In this document: positions 50,701 through 58,483 of the stretch, one piece after another
How positions within the stretch are numbered: the stretch's first letter is position 1
Layout of the letters: every line of letters begins with the position of its first letter
Assembly (NCBI GenBank): GCA_034430655.1
Contig: DAOUEC010000120.1
Span: forward strand, 1-58,483
Direction: 5' to 3'
Source: Anaerolineae bacterium
GTDB lineage: Bacteria; Chloroflexota; Anaerolineae; B4-G1
DNA length: 58,483 nucleotides
Program-made: the position numbers and the translations under genes
Notes under the pieces: model-generated
What the model was told of the DNA's origin: nothing
What the model saw: only the letters and a program-made list of their open reading frames with translations
Database searches by the model: none

Positions 50701-53700
50701 GCCAGAGCGCACTGCAGGCCAACGATTGCCTCCTCGTGATTGTCCAATCGTTGACAGGCTCTACCGTAGTCATAGAAAGGGGTTGGACTCTGAGGTGAAA
50801 GCTCCATAGCCCGTCGGAAAGCAGCCACTGCTTCTTGGTCTTGGCCTTGCACTTCAAAGATTGCTCCCAGTTGGTGGTAGGCCATAGCACATTCTTCGTC
50901 CAGCCGGATGGCACTCTTCAGCTCGTCCATGGCTTCACTGTGCTGTCCTGATCGTCGCAGGAGCACTCCCTTGTTAAGATGATACAGAGGTTCCGAGGCG
51001 TTCAATGTTGTGGCCTGACCATACTCCCGCAGGGCTTTCTCGTATTCCTCGTAGTGCTCATAGATATTGCCGACCGCATTGTGCAGGGCCGCATCCTCAG
51101 GGGCTATCTCTAAACCGGCCTTTAGTTCGGCCAGGGCCTCATCGTGTAGCCCCTTCCGCTGGTAGATGGAAGCCGTCCTCCGTCTGTACTCCACCTCTTG
51201 GGGGGCCAATTCGATGGCTTGCCGGTATTGGGCCAGGGCCTCCTCGTGTTTCTCCCCGGCCTCGGCTATCTTTCCCAACTGGGCCCGGATAGCAGCATCG
51301 GCAGGGCTCAGTTCCGAGGCTCGCAATGTCTCGGCTTTGGCCTCATTAAGCCGTCCCAGGCGATATGCGGCCAGGCCGAGTACGGCGTGAAAGGTAGGCT
51401 CTTGAGGATTGAGGCTCACAGCTTGTCGGTAAGCGCCCAGAGCTTTTTCTTGTTTGCCCTGCTGGGCGTATGCCAAGCCCAAATGGTAATGCACCATCGG
51501 GTTGTGAGGATGAAGGCTGCGCGTTGCTTCCAATAAAGCCAAAGCATCCTCGTGGCGACCTAGCCGTCGGCAAATTATGCCTGCTCGGAGCCCATATTTC
51601 ACTACCTTTGGTTCCAATTGAACAGCCTTTCCATAGGCGGTCAAGGCATCCTCATAAGCGCCCAGCTTCTCGTAGATCCTGCCCTGTTGGCCATACGCAT
51701 CTCCGTAGTCAGGCTTCAGTTGGATGGCATGTTGTAGCGTCTCCAGGGCACGATCGTGGTCGCTTAGGCGACCATACGTCGCGCCCAAATTATGATAGTA
51801 GAGAGCCTGGTCGGGCTCCAGGGCACACGCCAGGAGATACTCGTCAAGGGCCTCCTTCATTCGCCCTTGAACCTCATAAATCATCCCCTTCTGGTTATGG
51901 GCTTCTGCGTGGCTAGGGACCAAGGCAATAGCCTCCTCTAGCTCCGCTAAGGCTTCACCATATTCCCCCAAATGATAGAGCGAACATCCTGCGCCGTAGT
52001 GATAATCGGCCCTGTGGGAATCGAGGGCTAACGCTGTTCGGTATCCGCTCAGCGCCTCGACGTGTTCCCCTTGCCAACTTAGAGCTTTGGCCAAGTCACC
52101 CTGCCACTCAGCTTGATTGGGCGAAAGCTCCACCGCGCGGCGCAGGCATCGGATGGTCTCTCCATGCCGTCCTATGCGCTGGTTGGCTAAGCCGAGATGA
52201 TGGTAATAGGCTACGTTGGTCGGCTCAAGCGCCACAGCCTCCTCGTACTCCTGGCAGGCCTCTTTCCAGCGCTCTGCGGCCTCGTAAAGTGTCCCCAACT
52301 CGTCGTGCCAAGGGACTTGGTCGGGTTGCAGAGTTAAGGCGTGCTTTAGATAGGCGATAGATTGCTCATATTGACCTTGCCTGGCTAAGACGACACTGGC
52401 TTCTTGATACAACGAGCCGTTTCTGGGGGCCAGTTTGATGGCCTGTTCGAGCACACCCAAAGCCTCACTATACCAGCGCTGTTGCTGGTAGGAATAGCCG
52501 ATCTCCCGATATATGTCTGCTTGCTCCGGGTTCTGGGCCTGCGCTTGTTTCAGTTTTTCCAATGCCTCCTTGTAGCGTCCCAACTGGTTGAGAGTGACCC
52601 CAGCCTGGTAGAGGTATGCCCCTGCTTTAGGTTGCCGGCTCAAAGCCTGATGAAAAGCCTCAAGGGCATCTTCATAATTACCTTGCCTCTGGAGGGCTAG
52701 ACCCAGCTCACAGTATATCTCAGCACAAAGCCGGTCAGCCTCATGAAGGGCGCTTTGCAACTCGGCTACGGCTTCGCTGCCGCGCTCCAGTTCCCGATGG
52801 ATGACGCCCAAGTTGTAGCGGTGGATGACTTTGCCGGGCTGCCAACCTTCTGCGGAAAGGGCAGTGCTTGGCATCAGATGCCGATAGATAGGCGGCAATA
52901 GAGCATCTGGGGATTTAACGGTCAATGCGTTCAGGGCTATGGTGGCCCCCTCGATCGCCCCCAATTCCTTTAAGGCTATGCCCAATTGATAGACGGTGGT
53001 CTTGGGAAGGTACATCTTCATTAGCCGCCTTACTTGTTCCCACAACCCTTGCTGATCCTCGTTGCTGATCAGACATCGTGCGGCTAAGCGGACCACTTCG
53101 TATCCAGCCTGGGTATCTAGCAGCCTTCGGATCAGACCCAGACGGTCGGATTCCAAGCCATAGAGTTGAAGGAGAGGCCCCTGCCATCTCTCTCGCACGC
53201 TCTGGTCCTGAACGAGTTGGCCTACGTCCAGGTCATCCTTCAACCTTTGCCTGAGCGTCAGAGCGGCAAAGAAGTCTTGCACTAGAGCGTGAAGAAAACT
53301 CACCCGCTTGCCATCCTCCGTCAAGACCAGCAGGCCGCTGCGGAGGGCATCGTCGATCCGCTGGCCGGCTTCGGCCATTATCTCAATGCAACCTCGCCGC
53401 CCTATGTTGTCAGTTCGTGCTTGTTGGAGGGCGAAAGCCAATTCAGCCAACCCGCGGCCCTCGCTCTCCAGCCATTGCTCGACCTGGCCTGTCTCTGCCG
53501 TACCCAAGGCGATCCGTATGCCTTCTTTGATGGCGCGGCTACGGCTCCACCAGGGGCCTTTCCCACCAGAGGGCGCGGCTAAGTTGAGGATCGCTCTAAG
53601 GAAAAGAGGAATGCGCGCCAGGTCCCACAGGGCGCCATCTTTTCTCAGCCCGAGGTTCAGTTCTGCCGATCTTTTTTCGGATGCATATTCCCGCAGGAAT

Positions 53701-54353
53701 TGTCCCATCGAACCGTCGTTCAGCGCGAGGATGTTCAAGGCTGGAATATGACCTAGCCAGGATCGATGTGCAGGCAGGCTTTGGGTGCGGCAAGCAATGA
53801 CCATCCTGGCTGAAGGACATTCCTGGGTGCAAGATGCCAGCCAAGATCTCAACTCCTCCAAGAGGCGGCTATCCGCAACCCTGTCCAGGTTGTCCAGCAG
53901 GAAAAGGGGCGTTTGCTGGTTTAGGATAGATCGCAAGCTCGCATCGCTGGCTGCTGGCTGATGGCACCGAAAGGCCTCCAACAGCAAGTCCCTCACCCCT
54001 TTGTTGTCTTGCAACAGGGATAGATCGACAAGGAAAGGGATCGGGGCTTCCCGTCCTGGCGAAAGGGCTTCCTCGGCACCCTTGTGGGCCAGGCGCTGCA
54101 GCAAGGTGGTCTTGCCTGCCCCCAAATGCCCGTGGAACACCACCCTGTCCAGACCTTTCACTGCTTCCAGGGCATCTTTCTCGTCCTCGCCCGGCTCCGT
54201 CCTTACCTTGAGGGCCACGTAATGCCTGCTGACTTCGGCCAAATGGGGATCATCTCGCATATCTTGCAGGTATTGATACAAAAGCGGCTGATCAAGGGAG
54301 TGGGGAAGACCCGCCGAACTACCCCTGTTTTCTTGCGCCCTATGATCGAACAT
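47703..54353 (-). CDS. STAND NTPase (NACHT-type) fused to about 50 TPR repeats (2216 aa)
   Basis: The ORF track starts at GTG 54368; ATG 54353 follows AGGAGAGGG. Walker A VVFHGHLGAGKTTLL, Walker B PLFLLDNLDRV, MVIACRT. From about residue 520 to the C-terminus there is an almost uninterrupted 34-aa TPR periodicity (..A..Y..A..L.P..A.....LG......G.Y.EA..). Confidence 0.8.
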   Translation of the reverse strand: MFDHRAQENRGSSAGLPHSLDQPLLYQYLQDMRDDPHLAEVSRHYVALKVRTEPGEDEKDALEAVKGLDRVVFHGHLGAGKTTLLQRLAHKGAEEALSPGREAPIPFLVDLSLLQDNKGVRDLLLEAFRCHQPAASDASLRSILNQQTPLFLLDNLDRVADSRLLEELRSWLASCTQECPSARMVIACRTQSLPAHRSWLGHIPALNILALNDGSMGQFLREYASEKRSAELNLGLRKDGALWDLARIPLFLRAILNLAAPSGGKGPWWSRSRAIKEGIRIALGTAETGQVEQWLESEGRGLAELAFALQQARTDNIGRRGCIEIMAEAGQRIDDALRSGLLVLTEDGKRVSFLHALVQDFFAALTLRQRLKDDLDVGQLVQDQSVRERWQGPLLQLYGLESDRLGLIRRLLDTQAGYEVVRLAARCLISNEDQQGLWEQVRRLMKMYLPKTTVYQLGIALKELGAIEGATIALNALTVKSPDALLPPIYRHLMPSTALSAEGWQPGKVIHRYNLGVIHRELERGSEAVAELQSALHEADRLCAEIYCELGLALQRQGNYEDALEAFHQALSRQPKAGAYLYQAGVTLNQLGRYKEALEKLKQAQAQNPEQADIYREIGYSYQQQRWYSEALGVLEQAIKLAPRNGSLYQEASVVLARQGQYEQSIAYLKHALTLQPDQVPWHDELGTLYEAAERWKEACQEYEEAVALEPTNVAYYHHLGLANQRIGRHGETIRCLRRAVELSPNQAEWQGDLAKALSWQGEHVEALSGYRTALALDSHRADYHYGAGCSLYHLGEYGEALAELEEAIALVPSHAEAHNQKGMIYEVQGRMKEALDEYLLACALEPDQALYYHNLGATYGRLSDHDRALETLQHAIQLKPDYGDAYGQQGRIYEKLGAYEDALTAYGKAVQLEPKVVKYGLRAGIICRRLGRHEDALALLEATRSLHPHNPMVHYHLGLAYAQQGKQEKALGAYRQAVSLNPQEPTFHAVLGLAAYRLGRLNEAKAETLRASELSPADAAIRAQLGKIAEAGEKHEEALAQYRQAIELAPQEVEYRRRTASIYQRKGLHDEALAELKAGLEIAPEDAALHNAVGNIYEHYEEYEKALREYGQATTLNASEPLYHLNKGVLLRRSGQHSEAMDELKSAIRLDEECAMAYHQLGAIFEVQGQDQEAVAAFRRAMELSPQSPTPFYDYGRACQRLDNHEEAIVGLQCALALQPNWAEAHYHLGQSYQQRGNLTEALEHYEEAARLASEEAAYKCAIGLVFRQMGKMGEAIAALEEAISLDPSDPVLHGELARAFADKGWLTEALSQYQRAADLAPHEVAYHRDIGATLRHLGEYDRAIEVLRKALTLKPDDAQTHYELGRTYHELDRHPKAVTEYEEAASLAPDRSLYHRHLAEALHELGQGDRAVRVLTKAIALDAEEPQTHYQLGVIFEEQGRYEEALTEYGQASSLAPNQAVYHRQVGLMLYHVGQYEQAARVLREATALEPGDAEAQHLLGKACEQLGLHDDALAAFQEAISLEPEEAIHCRDMGLLYHELGEDDKAIQFLRKVISLNPTDVEAHYTLGTIFEAQGHWEDALAEYRQAADLKPDESLYRRACGAVLCRLERYVEAADVLAKALALDPSDAEAHWQLAATLEAQGHYGEACSEYKEAAELSPDEVRYQLRLGTIWRKIGQQAWTLRQAGISEQAPLAEDYDGAIAAIRSAMALGEESPEAHAELGELLALSGQHAEAIAQLERAIEAAPYEASHHRALGIAYRLMGKHRDSIRELRKAESLEPDCAETQYELALSHRQAGQAEKAMAALEKARQLDPTKALYHYVLGLMLHEAGQNQEASVVLGQAVGLKSGVVPWHNTLGDIYAEQGRPHLALEQYLRAAELAPEEPEYLHNAASAYAKMGNDKQAADLLEKVVQLRVDNPRWYSELGDAYVRQGQHRRAREIYQRAIDLAPEEPAYLLNLGSVAVELGDVDEALARFKEAIALKSDHTPAYERLGDLYEREKRWAEALATYQRALVLDPNNAFYHYKMGVIDKRMARYQEATEHLEKAVELQPQMTEAYGQLGDVYEAQQRYDEALQAYEQAITVAPHEAAQHGQIGRLWRQLGHLDKAIAHFRQMIKLQPDNAMAYCELGKSYELQDQYDVALDAYLEATKRDSHTADYYCNAGAMYKQLQRYPEAVTMFRKAIELRPNDANAYKQWAAVSAVSFLWQRRKI

Positions 54354-54364
54354 TGTCCCTCTCC

Positions 54365-54688
54365 TCACAGCCCAGGAAGGATCCAGAAGGCCACCAAGCA
54401 GAGCATTACCCCAACCAGGCAGAGAAATACCCCAACGCCAACGGACGTGCGGATTAGTTGATCTACGGCCTTGACTAGCCCAGATAAAGCCTCTATTAGA
54501 GGTGCCAGCCCGGCATCAGTGACGGCCTTGCTGCTGACCTTCGCCGACTGGGCCGAAATGCTCTTTAGCACTTGTTGATACTGCCTGGACAAAATAGTCC
54601 AGAGCCCTGCTATGCACGAGCATAAGCCTAGTAAGAACAAACATCCTGACATCGCAATTTGGAGATTCGTGATCATCATGCTTTCCAT
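54365..54688 (-). CDS. Small membrane protein (two TM helices flanking an amphipathic segment)
   Basis: 107 aa. CLFLLGLCSCIAGLWTIL and VGVGVFLCLVGVMLCLVAFWILPGL. Separated by 7 nt from the kinase gene and 11 nt from the NACHT-TPR start. Confidence 0.5.
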   Translation of the reverse strand: MESMMITNLQIAMSGCLFLLGLCSCIAGLWTILSRQYQQVLKSISAQSAKVSSKAVTDAGLAPLIEALSGLVKAVDQLIRTSVGVGVFLCLVGVMLCLVAFWILPGL

Positions 54689-54695
54689 CCTTTCA

Positions 54696-57600
54696 TCAGG
54701 TCAAGCGGCTTCCAGAAAAATGTAAAACCTCACTCTCAGGTAACTCGTCCCTGCTCAAGGGTAAACTGATATAGAATGTGCTTCCCTCATGCAACTCACT
54801 ATCTACCCACACTTTCCCCTCGTGCCGTTCGACGATGGACTTGACAATGGCAAGCCCCAAGCCAGTCCCCGATACGTCCGGTGTGTCGCGTCGCCTGATG
54901 CGGTGGAATTTCTCAAACAGCCGCATTTGATCATCTGGCGCAACGCCGATGCCCGTGTCGGCGACGCGGATCACCGCCCGGTCCCCTTCGCCGTCCGTGC
55001 GTACTGATAACCCTACCGTCACGACGCCACCACTGGGAGTGTACTTGATCGCGTTATCCACCAGATTGGTGACCGCTCGGCGTAGCAATGCTGCGTCACC
55101 AGCGACGATCACCGCACTCTCGACTGGCTCCATCCGCAGTGTGATCTCTTTGACGGCCGCCTGGGCTCGCATGCTGTCCATTGCCTCAATCAGAACCCCC
55201 CGCAGGTGGCAGGGTACGCGCTCCAATCCTACGCCGGCCTCAATGCGTCCTAGATCAAGCAAATCGCCAACCAGTTCATTGATTTGTTCAACACCGCATA
55301 AGATATTCTCGACGTACTCGCGCTCCTCGTCGCTGAGACTGTCCACTGTCAGGAGCATGCTCGCATAGCCGCGCATAAACATCAGCGGTGCACGCAAGTC
55401 ATGCGAAACCGTAGATAGGAACTCCGACTTCATCTCATCCAGCTCCTTGAAATAGGTGATGTCGTGCATCACAGCGACACGGCCAATCCGTTCACCGTCA
55501 GCGCCCAAGATCGTCGAGACGTTGACGTACAGCGTCCGACCACTGGGCAGAGAGATCTCCTCGGTCAACGCTTCGTCTGGAGATGAAGTCACCTCAAGGG
55601 CTTGTACCAGCGCAGGGGCTAACCCGGCCCTCTCCATCTTTTGCCCCAAAACGGCATCGGCTGCGATATCAAAGGCCCGTTCAGCAGCCGGGTTGGCCAA
55701 CAGTATTCGATTCTGCTGATCAGTGACCAGAACAGCGTCCGTGGTGCTGTCAAGGATTGCTGCCAGCCGCCGCCGCCCACCCTCGGCGGCTTGGAAAAGG
55801 CGACTATTCTCCATCACCACGGCCGTCTGACCGGCCAGCATGGATAGGAAATCTACCTCCAAGTCATCGAAGTGCCGAACCTCTCCGCACCCAATCCATA
55901 TCACAGCCAATGTCTGGTCTTTCGTACGCACAGGCAGCGCAATGACGGCTTTGATCGGCCCGTTGAGTGTCTCGGGATCGGCCAGTGTTCTGGCCCGAGC
56001 CAGGTTCTCCACGATCACGGGACGTTGCCGGTCATTGGCTGCTGCAGCCAATGACCGATCTAGCGCCTCCAATCCCTCACTCGGCTCTCCCCTTGACATT
56101 ACCATTTGCGGTTCGCCGCCGGCCGTAAGGAGAACAATGCGGGCTACCTGAGCCCTGGTCGCCCTTAACGCCCCCTCAAGAACAAACGGCACTCCCCTGG
56201 ACAACTCCAGCGTCGCCGAGACCGCCTGGCTGATCGCAAGCAGCAGTGAGATGTCCTCCATACGGTCTTTTAACCGTACACGCATGTCCTCAAAAGCATC
56301 CCCTACCCGTCCTACTTCGTCTTCGCCGCTCACTTGCACCGGCTGTGTGAGATCTCCCCCGGCGATGCGATCGGCGGCGCCGGCCAACTGCTTGAGCGGA
56401 CGTGTCACAAAACCGATGACCACGGACATGACGACCACCAATCCGCTCCCGAAAAGAAGCTGAAGGAGAAGCAGCGGGGTGGCAACCTCCTGGGCCTGCT
56501 TCAGCACGACTGCGTAGGGAAGACGGATCACAACTGCCCAGCGGCACCCCTCTACCGGCAAGTAATAGATCCACTGGCGCGTGTTGCGTACGGGATCGAG
56601 ACTCTCATAAGCCTGACCGCGCGGCACTGTGGCGATGCGGGGACGGTCCTCATCCAATCGCCATTCAGTAAGGAGCATGCTGGAATCTGAGTGAGAGACA
56701 ATGCGCCCTTCTGAATCCACTATGAATCCCTCACCCTGGCCGCCAGTCCACTGCAGACTGGTCAGTATGCGGTTGATCATGGGATTGACATCGAGATGGG
56801 TGCGTCCAAGCAGCGCCTTGAAGCGCGTGCCGTTCCCCGTCGGCCCCACCGGTGCCAGAAACGACAAGAGGGGTCCACCTCGATGTGAGCGGTGTGCGGA
56901 ACTGATCTGGGTCGCCCCATGCTCAAGCACTCGCTGCAAAAGCATCTCCTCCTGGGCTGTCAGTTCCGGGTCACCCGTTGGCGCCGGAGGATACATCACC
57001 AGGAGCTGGCCATCCGGGTCAAACAACATCAACTGATCGAAAAAGGCCATAGTTTGGACATCGCTGCGTAGGCGGGCTTCCAACGTGAGCGGATCACCGT
57101 GCCACAACCGCTCATCATTGGCGAACTCCGTCAGCAGCCCCTGGCCGGTGTAGATGAAATAGGGGATCTCTTCGGCGGCGCTGATAGCATCCTGTGTCAT
57201 CTCATTCACCACTTCCAATGTCGCCATACGGAGAGTTGTCACTGTCACAGCGTAAACCAGCACGCAGGTCATAATCAATATCAGAGGCACAAACAGGAAA
57301 AGCAGTCTGCGATTCACGCTGCGGATGTAGGGAGGAGATCGGCGCGCCACGCGGATAGGACGGAGACGTGGGAAGAACAGGTAGAGAGTCTGGACAACAA
57401 TTGCCGCTGCCAGGCTTTCCACCACTGCAGGGCCGAAGTAGGCCTTCGTCAGCGTCACCGCGTAATCGAACCCTGACAAACCCGAAGCGGCCACATGCGC
57501 GAAGACCGAGAGTAGCAACAGTAGCATTGCGAACGGAGTCATCACCATGGCCGCGACGAGAGGCTGGCGTGCGATAAGTGGCAATCTTCCACGGTAGTCT

Positions 57601-58049
57601 TGGCGCAGAAGGAGTCCAATCAAGAAACCAAAGAAGGCGAGATGAAATGGCTCAGCGATACCGCAGATTGTCGTATCGGCACGCAAGATGCCGCTGACCA
57701 ATCCCACCAACAACGCTGGCCCGGCGCCGAGCCACGCGCCAGCAGCAAGAATCGGCAGAGCTCCCAGCAGTGGCACAAGCGGCTGAGGGGGTTTGACAGG
57801 AACATTTGGGGGAGGCAGAAGATTGGGCGCAGAAAAACTCAGCACCAGCAAGTGGTTGACGAGCAGCGGAGCTGCCAGCAAGCCTGCAAACAGGAGAAGA
57901 CGATGCCGGGTTAGTCTGGTGAAATCCCGGCGGAAGCAGATGAGGAGCACCAAGGCCAGCAGTGCATAGAACACCAGGAGGACATACTCCCAGGCCTCCA
58001 GTGCAGGGAAGACCAGCCACGACCACGGCTTCCAAATTACAGATTCCAT
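54696..58049 (-). CDS. Large sensor histidine kinase (multi-TM N-terminus, periplasmic Cache-like domain, HAMP, GAF, PAS, HisKA, HATPase_c)
   Basis: 1117 aa. HAMP RPLKQLAGAADRIAGGDLTQ, H-box EFLSTVSHDLRAPL, N-box VTNLVDNAIKYT, G boxes DTGIGV and GTGLGLAIVKSIVERHEG. No receiver domain or response regulator gene lies in the window. Confidence 0.85.
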   Translation of the reverse strand: MESVIWKPWSWLVFPALEAWEYVLLVFYALLALVLLICFRRDFTRLTRHRLLLFAGLLAAPLLVNHLLVLSFSAPNLLPPPNVPVKPPQPLVPLLGALPILAAGAWLGAGPALLVGLVSGILRADTTICGIAEPFHLAFFGFLIGLLLRQDYRGRLPLIARQPLVAAMVMTPFAMLLLLLSVFAHVAASGLSGFDYAVTLTKAYFGPAVVESLAAAIVVQTLYLFFPRLRPIRVARRSPPYIRSVNRRLLFLFVPLILIMTCVLVYAVTVTTLRMATLEVVNEMTQDAISAAEEIPYFIYTGQGLLTEFANDERLWHGDPLTLEARLRSDVQTMAFFDQLMLFDPDGQLLVMYPPAPTGDPELTAQEEMLLQRVLEHGATQISSAHRSHRGGPLLSFLAPVGPTGNGTRFKALLGRTHLDVNPMINRILTSLQWTGGQGEGFIVDSEGRIVSHSDSSMLLTEWRLDEDRPRIATVPRGQAYESLDPVRNTRQWIYYLPVEGCRWAVVIRLPYAVVLKQAQEVATPLLLLQLLFGSGLVVVMSVVIGFVTRPLKQLAGAADRIAGGDLTQPVQVSGEDEVGRVGDAFEDMRVRLKDRMEDISLLLAISQAVSATLELSRGVPFVLEGALRATRAQVARIVLLTAGGEPQMVMSRGEPSEGLEALDRSLAAAANDRQRPVIVENLARARTLADPETLNGPIKAVIALPVRTKDQTLAVIWIGCGEVRHFDDLEVDFLSMLAGQTAVVMENSRLFQAAEGGRRRLAAILDSTTDAVLVTDQQNRILLANPAAERAFDIAADAVLGQKMERAGLAPALVQALEVTSSPDEALTEEISLPSGRTLYVNVSTILGADGERIGRVAVMHDITYFKELDEMKSEFLSTVSHDLRAPLMFMRGYASMLLTVDSLSDEEREYVENILCGVEQINELVGDLLDLGRIEAGVGLERVPCHLRGVLIEAMDSMRAQAAVKEITLRMEPVESAVIVAGDAALLRRAVTNLVDNAIKYTPSGGVVTVGLSVRTDGEGDRAVIRVADTGIGVAPDDQMRLFEKFHRIRRRDTPDVSGTGLGLAIVKSIVERHEGKVWVDSELHEGSTFYISLPLSRDELPESEVLHFSGSRLT

Positions 58050-58110
58050 ACTGAGGTCCTTCCTTCAAGTAGCGTAAAGCCGCCACCTCTGTCCTTCATT
58101 GGCCTATTCC

Positions 58111-58147
58111 TTTGAACAGGAACAGACAATGAACAGAACAGACAAAG
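58111..58147. repeat. Degenerate heptamer/hexamer repeat related to the TTGTTCA family
   Basis: TTTGAACAGGAACAGACAATGAACAGAACAGACAAAG. Its reverse complement contains TGTTCATTGTCT, identical to 33115-33126. It lies about 60-100 nt upstream of the kinase start. Confidence 0.5.
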
Positions 58148-58483
58148 ACTCTGGATGTTGGCATCGAATTCAGTCCAAGAGACACTGTTAGTCAAGGGTT
58201 TGTCTTTATATGAATCCAGGTTCACTTTACTTGAGTTGCAAGAAACGTGCCAACATCGCGTTGGTTCGGGAGGAAGGGATGCATCCTCCTAAGAAAGTCA
58301 ACATAGAAAGTCAACGTTGGCCACGTGAAAGAACACCGAATCCATGCCTCATAACTTAAGGCCATTTTGGGTTTCCAAGGAGCGGTTTTCCTGCGATTCA
58401 GGGCAAATCTTGCCAGCCAGACCTGAATTTCAGACCAAATCGAGTGTCCAGATTCATCCCGGGCACGAAAACAGGCCGTTTCG

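Noticed and set aside
58222-58483. Minus-strand frame open from the right edge to a TGA at 58222-58224 (..RDESGHSIWSEIQVWLARFALNRRKTAPWKPK..), possibly the 3-prime end of a gene or a transposase remnant
   Set aside because: Only 86 codons are visible, with no family motif I can defend. The DESG resemblance to IS630-type transposases is too weak, and the region is AT-rich intergenic-looking DNA with direct repeats (AAAGTCAAC twice). I left it unannotated.

Overview
This is a 58.5-kb window from a high-GC bacterial chromosome. I cannot assign the lineage without a database search. The giant TPR/STAND proteins and the heptamer repeats recall filamentous Chloroflexota-like or cyanobacteria-like organisms. 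The ORF track writes GTG and TTG starts as M, and I refined several starts by hand using RBS position.

The window is compositionally mosaic, judging from hand counts of single 60-nt lines.

(1) 1-6.7 kb carries a minus-strand housekeeping string: a partial GH3 NagZ-like gene that is open to the left edge and absent from the ORF track, a membrane protein, purine nucleoside phosphorylase, a PH/SHOCT membrane protein and a XerC/D recombinase. Divergent nagA follows.

(2) 6.9-26.9 kb is a plus-strand sugar-alcohol PTS supercluster. It holds DeoR and SorC regulators behind near-consensus promoters, galactitol-family EIIA/EIIB/EIIC, two Zn-dependent dehydrogenases, two class II aldolase/epimerase proteins, an HPS/KGPDC-family enzyme, Rpe, 2-oxoacid dehydrogenase E1alpha/E1beta/E2 (no E3), HPr and Enzyme I. 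A lower-GC segment (about 12.5-21.4 kb) inside it also encodes a URO-D-family (MtaA/MtsA-like) protein, a B12-binding corrinoid protein and a NifS-like cysteine desulfurase coupled to a small Cys protein.

(3) 26.9-35.5 kb is a co-directional minus-strand accessory string: a NERD-SF1 helicase, a frameshifted UPF0158-like gene, a TPR-RecQ-HRDC helicase, an unassigned 240-aa protein, a nucleotidyltransferase pair and two tandem DUF488 genes.

(4) 35.7-38.1 kb carries mgsA, an MFS transporter and a TVP38 protein.

(5) A 35-nt tRNA 3-prime fragment sits at 38.29 kb. From there to the right edge lies a lower-GC block with a secreted repeat protein, a histidine-kinase C-terminal relic and an 18-kb co-directional cluster. 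The cluster runs: giant sensor kinase, small TM protein, 2216-aa NACHT plus roughly 50 TPR repeats, clan-CD (caspase/gingipain-fold) protease, mraZ, ftsZ, an 84-aa protein and a 1425-aa multi-domain hydrolase with an 843-bp tandem duplication. I consider this cluster the best candidate for an undescribed system.

STRR-like heptamer repeats (TTGGTCA/TTGTTCA) occur at four gene boundaries. One is flanked by a 27-nt duplication of the E1alpha/E1beta stop-start junction.

No CRISPR array, rRNA or intact tRNA was seen.
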